From positions 54,436,065 through 54,498,175 of the forward strand of contig NC_068996.1 of the NCBI RefSeq assembly GCF_001194135.2: a stretch of DNA of 62,111 nucleotides. The letters run 5' to 3'. Within the stretch, counting starts at the first letter, position 1. Every line of letters starts with the position of its first letter. A program made the position numbers and the translations under genes. Under the pieces are notes generated by a model. It was not told the origin of the DNA. It made no database searches and saw only the letters and a program-made list of their open reading frames with translations. Below, piece after piece: positions 1 through 12,107 of this stretch. Source of the stretch: Octopus bimaculoides. Its lineage: Eukaryota.

Positions 1-180
1 CATTATCGCTGTGAAAACAACATCCATTCATGAATTTTTTTTTGTTTTCTTAAATACATGTTTTACCTGTGAATTTGCGTGTGTAAACTGGGAATGCATA
101 CAACGAGTTTCTCTGCCCTAGGTGTACGGAAAACACTCGGCGAGAAATGGAAGAAAATTTGAAGAAAGAAGAAAAAAACA

Positions 181-182
181 TC

Positions 183-243
<61 letters not shown>

Positions 244-255
244 TAATAATAATAA
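181..255 (+). repeat. (AAT)n microsatellite
   Basis: Direct reading; the poly-Ile/poly-Leu ORFs here are artefacts of the repeat. Confidence 0.98.
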
Positions 256-475
256 TTGAGCGGGATGGGCTACGCGACTTGAAGAAAACTCTAACTGAGC
301 CCCACCTGCGAGGTCATTCGCTGTTTATCTTGATATAAGATCGCTATGTCGCACACATATGGTTGTAATGCAGGTGCCTGGTGTACCCTTATCAGACGGG
401 TAGTCATGTGGGGTATACTGGGCTTCGTATATTTTACCCAGTGTCAATTTGATAGCATGCATTGTTCTCTCACTC
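256..475 (+). mobile_element. 5'-truncated 3' end of an (AAT)n-tailed retroposon
   Basis: Reverse-complement match to 61807-62111 (gagcgggatgggctac...ctctcactc then (aat)n); flanked by AAT repeats on both sides. Confidence 0.75.

Positions 476-545
<70 letters not shown>
476..545 (+). repeat. (AAT)n microsatellite / retroposon tail
   Basis: Direct reading. Confidence 0.97.
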
Positions 546-1693
546 TGACCACAAAACTATGAATATCAACTGCGGCATTTTCCAGGATGACTCACTTTCA
601 CCGTTAATTTTATGCATAACCCTAATACCCCTTACAAGTGAACTTAACAGAACAGGGTATGCATATAAAATTGGCGACAAAGAAATAAGTCATCTATTTT
701 ATATGGATGACTTAAAACTCTATGGCAAAGATGATAGTGAGCTTGAAGGACAACGACGTACTTTGAAAGCATTCAGTGATGACATCGGGAGGGAAGTGGG
801 TCTTCATAAATGTGCCAAGGCTACTTTCCAGAAAGGGAAGTTGAAGACCTCACATTCAGTGGCGTTAAATGTTGACATAGTTATAACAGAACTCGAGCAG
901 GAACACGCTTACAAATACCTCGTAATAAATTAGGGCTTTGGCATTCAGCATGCAAGCATGAAAGGAAGGAATGTTACAGGAGAGTTCGAGCAGTCCTAAA
1001 ATCCGAGTTAAAGGCACGTAACAAGGTGTTAGCAATAAATTATCTAGCAGTTCCGGTTGTTATTTACAGTTTCAATGTGTTGAACTGGAATATGGGCGAA
1101 ATAAGGAAGATTGACCGGAAAATTTGCAAGCTTCTGACTTGTAATAAGATGCACCACGCAAAGGCAGACGCAGATCGTCTTTATCTACCCAGAGATCAAG
1201 AAGATCGAGGCTTGCTCCAATTTGAAATCTCCTACAAAACCACCACAATTGGACTGACCAAATATCTTGAAACATCTGACGATTGGATGCTAAAACTCGT
1301 TGAAAACCTCAAGAGTCGTAAGAAGCTTCATTTTGTTATGAAGGAGAGCAAAAAATTTGCTAGTGAGTTTATGCATAATACCCAAGTTGAACAATATGAT
1401 GGAAGTGCGGCAAATGTAGTTGCAAAGAAGGTGAAATCATAGCAAAGCAAAGTGCGTTTGAACAATTGGTTGATAGGTGGGAACAAAAACCCCTGCATGG
1501 CAAATATGCGGCCCGTAGCAAACAAGCTGATGTAGACCAGAAGCACCCCTGTTAGTGGCTACAGCGCTCAGGGCTAAAGGCAGAGAGTAAAGGCTTTATT
1601 TTGGCTGCCCAAGATCAGAGCTTATTGACCCGAAACTATGAAGCCAATGTAATGAAAAATGGTGTAGACCCAAAGTGCCGATACTGCAACGAT
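546..1693 (+). mobile_element. Degenerate R4/Dong-like (RLE-type) non-LTR retrotransposon fragment, RT domain to zinc knuckle
   Basis: Broken frames give GIFQDDSLSP, HLFYMDDLKLYG, DRLYLPRDQEDRGL, GLKAESKGFILAAQDQSLLTRNY and KCRYCND; stops and frameshifts present. Confidence 0.88.
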
Positions 1694-1829
1694 GGGTGGA
1701 TGGATGGATGGAATTTCATTTATACACGCAAACCCTGAAAGTACATTGAACAATTGAATATCGATTTCTAACAAGAACAAGGCCTGAAATGTAAGGGATG
1801 AATGAGTATAGCTGATTAACAACGATAAC

Positions 1830-1895
1830 TATGGCTCAACTGGTACTTATTTTTTCTATCTCGGAAGAATAAAACGCAAAATGTACCTCACTTAT
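1830..1895 (-). mobile_element. Short fragment of SINE family A
   Basis: gctcaactggtacttatttt...aaaatgtacctc resembles the core of the copies at 10211 and 17271. Confidence 0.45.
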
Positions 1896-2283
1896 ATTTC
1901 TACCCAGAACGTCGAGATACACAACTAAATAGCCAACCATCAAATAATGCAGTTGATTGTTGGTTAGTGTGGGGAAAAAATGATACGTTATCTGTTCTTA
2001 GTTGAACACATGACCAAACCAATATTTAGAAATGAGGAGTTAAGTGATAAATATTAGTATATTATTGAGCGACTGGATGAATAAAGTGATAAACGCCAGT
2101 CATGAAAATTTAATCTGTAGTAAATTAGTAAAAAAAGGTATTGATTAGTTTATGAGAGGATGATGGTGTTAGGAATAGCTGACGTTTTTCGTGTAATTAA
2201 TTGTTCTATGTTGTCGTGTATATACGTATGAGTGTATCTATGTTACTGTGTATATGTATAATTATGCACAACGTGCGTATATA

Positions 2284-3319
2284 CAGGGGTTGGACAAAAT
2301 AAAGAAAACACCTAGCATCATAGTATCATAATTTTCAAATATCTATAGAACCAACAAAAGCTTGTTTATTTTTATACTTTTTGATTTATCATTAGTGTTG
2401 TTTAATATGTTTTGCTAAAATTGCTGTTTCTTTTCAGATATCATCAGAAAAAGGTAATTAAAATTCATTAAAATGACAGATCTATCGGACTTTCAAAGGG
2501 GTCAAATTGTTGGTGCTCGTATGGCAGGCGCCAGCATAACAAAAACGGCCGAAATATTTGGCGTATCAAGAAGTACTTTCACGAAAGTAATGACAGCCTT
2601 TGCGAAACAGGAAGAAACCTCCTCGTCGAAACAAAGCTCCGGAAGAAAACCAAAACTTTCAGATAGGGACCGTCGGATTTTAACGCGAATAGTTTGAAAG
2701 GATCACAAAATTACAGCTCTCAAAATTCCTGCAGAGCTTAATGACTACCACGAGAACCCAATTTCCACAAAAACCGTTCGCCTGGAACTGCACAAAGCCG
2801 GATTCCACGGGAGGGCTGCAATCAGAAAACCACTACTTTAAAAAAAAACGTTGAAAACGTTTGGAGTGGAGTAAAAACCTACAGAATTGGTCCCTAGAGC
2901 AGTGGAAGTGTGTTATTTTCTCGGACGAGCCATCCTTTACCTTATTTCCGACCACCGGCCGAGTATACGTGTGGAGACAGCCAAAAGAAGAATTTGATCC
3001 AGACTGCCTTCTTCCAACTGTTAAACATGGAGGAGGATCTCTGATGATCTGGGGGGCTATATCTTGGAAATCCGCCGGCCCAATGGTTTCCCTTCGTGTC
3101 ATAATTAAGCATTTAAGCATTTTATCTGATCAAATTCATCCTATGTTTGCGGAACTGTTTCCGGAGGGAGACGCAATTTTTCAGGATGATAATGCACCAA
3201 TTCACACAGCTAAAGTTGTTACTGAATGGTACAAGGAACATTCTAGTGAAGTTGAACATCTTATCTGGCCACCACAGTCCCCTAATCTCAATATTATTGA
3301 ACATTTATGGTGCATTCTA
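2284..3319 (+). mobile_element. Tc1/mariner transposon, defective copy 1 (3' end lost in N gap)
   Basis: TA then caggggttggacaaaat terminal repeat; MTDLSDFQRGQIVGAR HTH start; VIFSDE, FQDDNAPIH and WPPQSPNLNIIEHLW DDE motifs; internal stop and frameshift. Confidence 0.93.
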
Positions 3320-4316
3320 NNNNNNNNNNNNNNNNNNNNNNNNNNNNNNNNNNNNNNNNNNNNNNNNNNNNNNNNNNNNNNNNNNNNNNNNNNNNNNNNN
3401 NNNNNNNNNNNNNNNNNNNNNNNNNNNNNNNNNNNNNNNNNNNNNNNNNNNNNNNNNNNNNNNNNNNNNNNNNNNNNNNNNNNNNNNNNNNNNNNNNNNN
3501 NNNNNNNNNNNNNNNNNNNNNNNNNNNNNNNNNNNNNNNNNNNNNNNNNNNNNNNNNNNNNNNNNNNNNNNNNNNNNNNNNNNNNNNNNNNNNNNNNNNN
3601 NNNNNNNNNNNNNNNNNNNNNNNNNNNNNNNNNNNNNNNNNNNNNNNNNNNNNNNNNNNNNNNNNNNNNNNNNNNNNNNNNNNNNNNNNNNNNNNNNNNN
3701 NNNNNNNNNNNNNNNNNNNNNNNNNNNNNNNNNNNNNNNNNNNNNNNNNNNNNNNNNNNNNNNNNNNNNNNNNNNNNNNNNNNNNNNNNNNNNNNNNNNN
3801 NNNNNNNNNNNNNNNNNNNNNNNNNNNNNNNNNNNNNNNNNNNNNNNNNNNNNNNNNNNNNNNNNNNNNNNNNNNNNNNNNNNNNNNNNNNNNNNNNNNN
3901 NNNNNNNNNNNNNNNNNNNNNNNNNNNNNNNNNNNNNNNNNNNNNNNNNNNNNNNNNNNNNNNNNNNNNNNNNNNNNNNNNNNNNNNNNNNNNNNNNNNN
4001 NNNNNNNNNNNNNNNNNNNNNNNNNNNNNNNNNNNNNNNNNNNNNNNNNNNNNNNNNNNNNNNNNNNNNNNNNNNNNNNNNNNNNNNNNNNNNNNNNNNN
4101 NNNNNNNNNNNNNNNNNNNNNNNNNNNNNNNNNNNNNNNNNNNNNNNNNNNNNNNNNNNNNNNNNNNNNNNNNNNNNNNNNNNNNNNNNNNNNNNNNNNN
4201 NNNNNNNNNNNNNNNNNNNNNNNNNNNNNNNNNNNNNNNNNNNNNNNNNNNNNNNNNNNNNNNNNNNNNNNNNNNNNNNNNNNNNNNNNNNNNNNNNNNN
4301 NNNNNNNNNNNNNNNN
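3320..4316. other. Assembly gap (N run)
   Basis: Run of N; the long X-containing ORFs across it are artefacts. Confidence 1.
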
Positions 4317-4723
4317 CATGTATTATGTATGCATGTATGTATGCATGCATGTGTGTATGTATGCATGTATGTATGTATTATGTATGTATGCACGCATGCA
4401 TGTATGTATGTATGTATGTATGTATGCATGTATATGTGCATGTATGTATGTATGTATGTATGCATATATGTATGTATGCATGTATGTATGTATGCATCTG
4501 TGTATGTTTGTATGTATGTATGCATATATGTATATATTATGTATGAATGCATGCATGTATGTGTATGCATGCATATATGTATATATGTAAGCATGTATGT
4601 ATGCATGTATGTATGCATGTATGTATGCATGTACGTATATATATATATCTATCTATGTATTATGTATATACATATGTATCCATGTATGTATGTGTATGTA
4701 TGCATTCATGAATGTATGTATGG

Positions 4724-4759
<36 letters not shown>

Positions 4760-4870
4760 GTGGATGGATGGATGGATGGGTGCGTGAATGGATGGATGTA
4801 TATATGGATGGATGGATGCGTCATGTGTGTTTATGTATGGACGTGTGTGTATATGTGTATGTATATGTGT
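4317..4870 (+). repeat. Compound (TATG)n/(TGCA)/(TGGA)n microsatellite
   Basis: Direct reading. Confidence 0.95.
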
Positions 4871-6027
4871 GCATGGCAGAACCGTTACTGTGTCAGAAAT
4901 ATTGCCATGTGACATATGTTCAGGCGCTTGAAGTTTTAAGTCAATTTTCGCAGAGATCATCTTTGTCTTTCTTTTGCCGGAGATCCATAAAACAATGTAT
5001 AAATCATGTGCTAAGGTCTACATAACTGAATGTCGCTAGTAGGCGGTGGGCTGTGTAAAAATCCGTTATTTGCGTCGAAGGCAGTATTAATTCAAAATAA
5101 CATTATTTATATCAAACCTAACGGGTGTATGCGGTAGAAAATCTCAAAACTGCAGTATTCGTCTCGAGAAAGTATCTTGTATACACGTATAGTGCTAAAA
5201 AGCATAGAAGTATTTCAGTAGACGGACAGCGTCTGGAAGCGGCAGTCGTGTTGTGAAATCAATGATTTGTTAACTGCTGTTATTTGGGGGGGGGGGTCAG
5301 GTTTCTATCAGCAGAAGCTAAATTTTTCTTGGCATGTAATTTTTAGTGGATGCTTGCAGCTGATGACGCTTAACGATACAGAAATCTAGATTTAGCGTCT
5401 TCTTTTATATTTCAGACAGATTTGAAGAATCTTACAATTTTTGTGCCCTTACTAATTCTTATACTTAATCTGAGAATTAACCGATCTCTCCCTAAACTGA
5501 AGTCAATGGAAATATGATTGCTGTTTTCACAGACGAGGATTACAAGCAGATAAACTCCTAAAATCACTTTATGCTATGTTTCAATTATTCACGAGAGTTT
5601 TGTCATTAATTATGCGGTTTCCCAGGAAGTTATTCTTACTAAACAAGTTTGGTTTCTCTAGAATCTTTGGGTGTAACAACTTCTATTTTGACATGCGATC
5701 GGTACTCTAATTGCTAATAGGTTTTGAGTCATAGTTTAGCTTCAGATATTGTTCTACTAGGATATAATTTCTGGTTCTGAAAAGATGGTCTTTTCTTTAA
5801 GATGCAATTTTGACTATGAAGTTAATCCGAGATTGTGAATTCTCCATGAATAATAGAAAATGCCTAGAATTGTATATTTTCTCGATGTGTGTGTAGTAGG
5901 TGTGTTTCTGCTGTTGTTTAATGAAACCAGCTTATCATATTCTCATTAGGGATTTCGTTAAAGTTCTTGGTAACGTGTTTGACGTGAAGCTTATGGTTTA
6001 TATGGCTACAAAACATCATTTTCTTCA

Positions 6028-6030
<3 letters not shown>

Positions 6031-6112
<82 letters not shown>
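6031..6112 (+). repeat. (GT)n microsatellite, representative of many similar GT/CA/TA tracts in the window
   Basis: Direct reading. Confidence 0.98.
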
Positions 6113-6114
<2 letters not shown>

Positions 6115-7589
6115 TTGTTCATTGATGAAGACAAAGGAAAATTTAGAAGACTTAATTTTACCCCGAAAGTACACAAAAAAATAATAAACTGTATGTCGTA
6201 GAAAGCTTCGTGGACTCACGCAGCAAGTAAACGGTCTCAAATGAAAATTCCGATACAAGAAATGAAATGAAGTAAAGTTGTTATCGAACCGGATAACTTT
6301 ACTAAAAAGTTTGTTATTCATTTTCAAAAGTGTTGCTGATGTCAGGAAGTAAAGCAATGATTCCATCGAAATTCTAAAGGGAGGGAGACCACTAATGTTC
6401 GATGTAGTACATTAGTGTTCTCTGTACACCTCTGTTAGGAATTTTTGTTGGCTGCAGTAGATTCTTGCAAAAATGAAAAAATTGAAAATTTTAGGAAAGA
6501 AAGTATCATTTCAATATGCAATTGATTTATAGAATTAAAGGATAAGTGGACAGAAAATATGGCGGTTTCATATGCAGGCTTGCTTAGTGTCATATTGGCC
6601 ACCCTCTTATCAGAGGGTGGAGCGAGGCTCTAATAGATATTCTCTAATTTGTCGTGAAAGTATTTAGAACATTTGTTTCTGTTTTTAGGTTGTTGTCTTT
6701 TTTGTTTGGGGGAGGGTTTTTGTTATTGTTTTTGTTTTTGTTATTGTTTTTTTCGAGAGACTCTGCGTCAGGATGTGGGCAAAGGCATTATTTTTCTCTT
6801 AATGGTTGTATTGTATGCCTTGTGCCCATAGGTAAACAGTTCTCAAATGGTGCTATGAACATATCTTCCAAGTGATGCCGGCAAGCAATATTTCTTTTAT
6901 ATATTGCTACGAATTTTGGATTTAGTATTGGACTTAAAACTTTAGTCTCTTGAAAGAAGAGGCAAGATATTCACGAAAGATGGGCTTAGACACTCTCCTA
7001 TCAGTCTCAAATAGGTCAATTTGCTGCCAGAAATACATCGTATGTATTTAATGAAGTCTGACCAAATTTGCTAAATTAGAATATCAAAGCGTCTGTGTGT
7101 ACAGAATGTGGTTTGTTAGAATAGTGTGAGGCAACAGGCTTTCATTAGATAACATCTGCATGATTTTATGTATGTCAAGATAAAGATTTGAGTCTGAATG
7201 TAAGTAAAAGACAGAGAATGGTAAGTTTGTCAAAGAATCGTGTAGACACGGAGACTGCAAGCGTTTCCGGCTCTGCTTCTGTTGTGAAGAAATGGTAAGG
7301 AATGAGAGAACTAGATGGAATTTAATGTATTGAAGTCTTGACAATTATTTCAGAGAAGAACGAGATCGAACAAGATAATCGAAGAAGTGTTAGCACCCCT
7401 GGAGCGATGGAAAGATCCAGGGGCCATTGAAGAAAAATGCTGCGATAATGGGGGTGACCAAAACGAGGCAATGGAAGTAAAAAGAACAAACAAAATAATG
7501 GGTTAATTAGATTAAGTTTTATTTGTGAAATACCGTTGTTTTGAATTTTCTGCAGAAAATGGTTTATGTCTCTGATGGTGAGGGGGGAG

Positions 7590-7649
7590 ATTAGGAATGT
7601 GGCCTTAGAACCAAGGGGGCAGCACCCTAAAAAAGTTTGGGAACCACTG
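7590..7649 (+). mobile_element. Possible hAT-type transposon terminus
   Basis: ...aaaaaagtttgggaaccactg resembles the ends of the MITEs at 32088 and 35359; the other end was not located. Confidence 0.35.
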
Positions 7650-10210
7650 CTTTAGTAGAAAGAATTATTATTTATCGCAGTACATTATTCCCTAGTGTCC
7701 TTTTTATTAATTGGTCCGATTTTTTAAAAATCTTTATAAGCCCAAATATGTATATGCTTACGTAAGCAATGATGCGTATGAAATGAAGATAAAGTTCATG
7801 TTATGAAATTAACGTCTATGAGAAACCGTATCAATCACCAGGATCCCTTCTAAATCACAGCAATTTCACATCCTTTAATGTTCTTAAATGATGCAAGAAC
7901 GTCTATCTTTCCACGAACGTCATTTCCATCTTCTCTGAATTAAACAGTATTGATCCTACGTTTATGGATAATGCTTATCTCGAAATGTTAATCGGTTAAC
8001 TTTAAGTACGTGGTCAATAAATTATTGTTATATCAATTACAGTAAATGCTATTAAGTAATTTAAACTCCTTGTCGATATTGAAAAGAAATCTATTTGTTT
8101 ATAAGAATATTTGCTTCGTATTAAAGATAAACAATGCTTGTTATTAAATTTAATGTTGTACTATCTTAATCACTTTGTTTTCTATCAAATATTGTTCGTG
8201 TAAATTTAAAGTTTAATAAGTTAAAACGCAACACATTTTCAAATAATATTTGTACACTTAGTACAATGAGAAGTGAATATGTCCGCATACATATAAATTC
8301 ATTTCTACGGCTGATTTTTTTATGTCTTATATTAATTCAATTTATTCATTAAATATATTTTCATAGCGTTGCCTTTCACTTGCAGATTGCTTTTATCCAT
8401 TAAACTATTCGGAAAATTAAAACATTTTCTGCCAACACCAACCAATCTCATTTTTGTTCTCCCTGGAACTATATCAGCTTCTCACTAACAGCAAATCCTG
8501 ATACAAATATAAAAATTCTTCACCCAGATCTCATTAGCTTCCAAATTGCAAATAAACCATTCCTTGCCAAAATAATATCTAAATTCTTTACACTGCTGCC
8601 TGTATCCTTCTCACCACATTTCCACGTTTCTAAGGTTTTCCTGTAATAACAAATTCAAAAACCGAAAAAAATAACTCGGAAGTTGGTCTCTTTGGATTGT
8701 CATTAAAAATCCCGAAAACTTCAAAGATTCTTTAGTGCATATGATTCATAGCTGCCTTTGAATTAAGGAATAATGTAATAGATATTGATTATAATAACGA
8801 ACTATGGAGCACTTGTTTGGTCTTTGACCAAATATAACACGCTAATATTTGTTTATAGAACTTTGATTTACCAAAAGGCCGTACCTTTGATGTTGAATTC
8901 TTACATCTGTCATAAAAATTGTTTTAAAAATACATTTTTATCTATATTGGTTTTAAGTATTTTATTAAATACTTATATTGACGCCAATCATATTTACCAG
9001 AATCTCAACCTTTGTTAATCAACATCAGCTTTTAACCATCTCATAAATATAATGTTATATTCCAGCACTTCCTTGGCATTGTGGGTAAACTCTATTCACT
9101 TCTGACATAAAACAGATACAAACTATCAGGCTTCACAACATAGTTTTATCGATTTCTTATAAATAAACAACGCAGGTTTATTAAAAAAGGCGGCGAATAA
9201 GTTATGGCGTTCAACGTTTTTCCATTGACTTTGGTAACATTTATGAAATAATATTACTTCAACTGGGTATGAAAAACGTATCGTGAATTCGCCTCAGAAA
9301 TAGCTTAAATCTATGCAATAAATATGATATTAAACAAACTATATAATATATCCATGCTCTGTTATTAAAAGAATGTACATATATAGATAGATATAGATAG
9401 ATAGGTAGATAGAAATATATATAGATAGAAATATATATAGATATATANNNNNNNNNNATATATATATATATATATATATATAATACTACAGTGTCTTTAT
9501 GCGCATATTTGTGTATGTTGCTACTAACTCCAAAACAATTACCGTCTGAAAAACGAGGGACACACTGTATAATCTCGTCCTAGATGTAGAACATCAATAC
9601 AAAAAATACAGAACGGTGATACTGGAATGTCTTTGATCATAGATTTCATTCAGGGCTGACTTGTGGCTAAACAACAAAATAACAACGATACCATTATGTA
9701 CTTTTTTTGTGGATCTAGCAAAAGGTCTATGTTACCGCTTCACCAGCTCCCGCTAATCACGCTCAATCACTTTCCAAAAGGAAAGGATATGTAACATAAA
9801 CTATCTTAGATAACCCCCAAAGACAAGGCGAGATAGTTACGGATGGAATGTCTTTGATTAAAATTAGTGTGAGCTACACATGCAACAACTATTGCACTTT
9901 ACATATTTAACCATATTGTTATTCCAACTACCTTGACTTTGTGATGTTGATTTGTCGTAATCTTCCTGCCTTTATTTCAAGCATAGTCTGCCTGGAATTA
10001 TATTATCCAATCTGTTCTTTTTCTTTTAAAACAGTAGGATCTGCTTTATTTCTAGTGGGTCCAATCATTACGCAGACAATCACTTTGATTTCCGATCATC
10101 ATTAGGGCCTAAACAAACACTTCCGATTTTGTATTCAGTTCGATACTATTTATACATCTAGTTATAAGACACTTGATGACGATTGGAGGTCGAAACATAG
10201 AGAAGATGTA

Positions 10211-10431
10211 AATATTGGTGTCAAATTTTGGCACAAGGCCAACAATTTCGGGGAGGGGGTCAGGTCGGTTACGTCGATCCCAGTGTTCAACTGATACTTA
10301 TTTTATAAACCCCGAAAGGATGAAAAGCAAAATCGACCTCGGTGGAATTTGAACTCTGAACGTAAAGACAGACGAAATGCCGCTAAGCATTTTGTCTGGC
10401 GCGGTAACGATTTTGATAAAATCTCCGCCTT
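10211..10431 (-). mobile_element. tRNA-derived SINE family A
   Basis: Reverse complement of aaggcggcgagctggcagaatcgttag...gagttcaaattcc...gtcgataaaataagtaccag...ccaaaatttgaaaccaatatt; multiple copies in the window. Confidence 0.88.
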
Positions 10432-10514
10432 TTAACAGAAAAAATGATTGTCGTTGGTAACTTTTTATTCTCTCTCTTCTTTCTTTCTTTCCCACTTCTC
10501 TCTTTCTCTCTCTT

Positions 10515-10545
<31 letters not shown>

Positions 10546-11893
10546 TCTGAAATCATCTTAAAGTTGTTAATTATTTAAAATTACTTAGATATTCAATAAG
10601 AACCATTTCTACCAGAAATATCCTTTTTCTTGGTTTACAGTTTAATATCTATTATCTCGAATCAAAATTAGAAAAAATTATTGATAAAGGGAAAGAAAAA
10701 TTTTGATTATTTTGTGTGTACATCATAATGTTTATATATACCAAACACCAGCTTCCCAAATAGTATATTCTTTACCACCTCATTCATCATCCACCAAGCA
10801 TGTTGGATGATGATGGATGGATGGATGATGGTAATGAGCGATTAAAATTTGGTATGTGTTCATTGCACCTTGAACTCCTACATATTATAGGTGCCTTTCA
10901 CAAAACGAAACCTCAAGTGACTACAAAATGTTAACTTCTATTTTCTAAGCACAGTAATGGTCTGCGTTAAACATTTGGAAATGCTCCAAGAACACAAAAT
11001 GCAGTTTTATTAACACCTATATTTATAAGAGATACAGCTCCTTAAAAGAGAATCCTAATTTCTAACAATATTATATTCATACGGAGCTGCAGAATAGAAT
11101 GACTGATACAGCATTTGCATCATTTACTTATAAGATCCTTCACAATCAGTACTATTTCTACAAAGTGAAGAGGAATCGCTCCTTAAATTAGACATATGGA
11201 AATTTTTATCAATATCCGAAGAAACTTTTAGGTATTGTTTGAGCGATAAAAACAAGAATGAATTATATAATTTTACTTTTATTTTATGAATATCAAAAGA
11301 AGATGGACTTCTTATGATTTCTCGAAATAATGCAATAATGCAAGACACGTGGTTAGAGGTTAAAATAAGAGAAAATTCAAACAATAAATGTAACAGATGT
11401 TAATTTACAGCTTCAGTCAAGATAGTTTACAATGTATTTTTGAGAATACCCATAGTTATTCTTGTGTTTTATAAAACCAACTATATAATGTGTGTTACAA
11501 AGAGTGCAACGGAAAATATACAAACATATTCGAAAAGCCGACAGGATAATGTGCCGTAGAAATGGACATATTAATCATGAGTTGTAGACTCAAAAGTAAG
11601 TAAGCAGATAGATAATGACTTCAAAGGTGAAAAGTCAGATAATATACATTTTAAACTGGTAGAAGTTATTTTATGGATGCCAGATCACACGCATACAAAC
11701 AAGAGCCGAGTGCGATGAAAAAACGAGAATTTGACAGTTCATCTATACCTGCTGATTACAGTAAAAAGGAGATGAAACAGTCGTTGTACCCTCTTAAATA
11801 TACAAAACATGGCATCTAGTCTCTGATTAGTTAATATTGGCAAAAGCAACACGCGTGAAATTGAAATTACACACATACATACATATACATACA

Positions 11894-11928
<35 letters not shown>

Positions 11929-11984
11929 GCGCGCGCGCGTATATATATATATATACATATATATAGTTTAAATTGATAGAAAAA

Positions 11985-12090
11985 CAAAAGACGAAGACGG
12001 CTGTAGGAACAACAAGCATGTGTATTAGTTTCACGCTCGGGTAAAATGGAAAAGTATTTTACGTTTCGACGGAAAGGAATAAGAAGAAAT
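11985..12090 (-). mobile_element. Fragment of repeat family E (hammerhead-like, helix II deleted)
   Basis: Reverse complement aligns to 23881-23990: ttcctttc(c/t)gtcgaa..acgtaaaa..aaactaatac..gtcttcgtc. Confidence 0.65.
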
Positions 12091-12107
12091 GAATATATAT
12101 ATATATT

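Noticed and set aside
2861-4787. Long ORFs of 340-560 aa in the track
   Set aside because: They run through the N gap and TATG repeats; only the Tc1 part before 3320 is real.
6385-6422. 14-bp hairpin with 10-nt loop
   Set aside because: Short, single copy, no context suggesting function.
8400-9120. Possible ancient transposon coding remnant on the minus strand
   Set aside because: Faint resemblance to both piggyBac and LINE motifs; too decayed to assign by eye.
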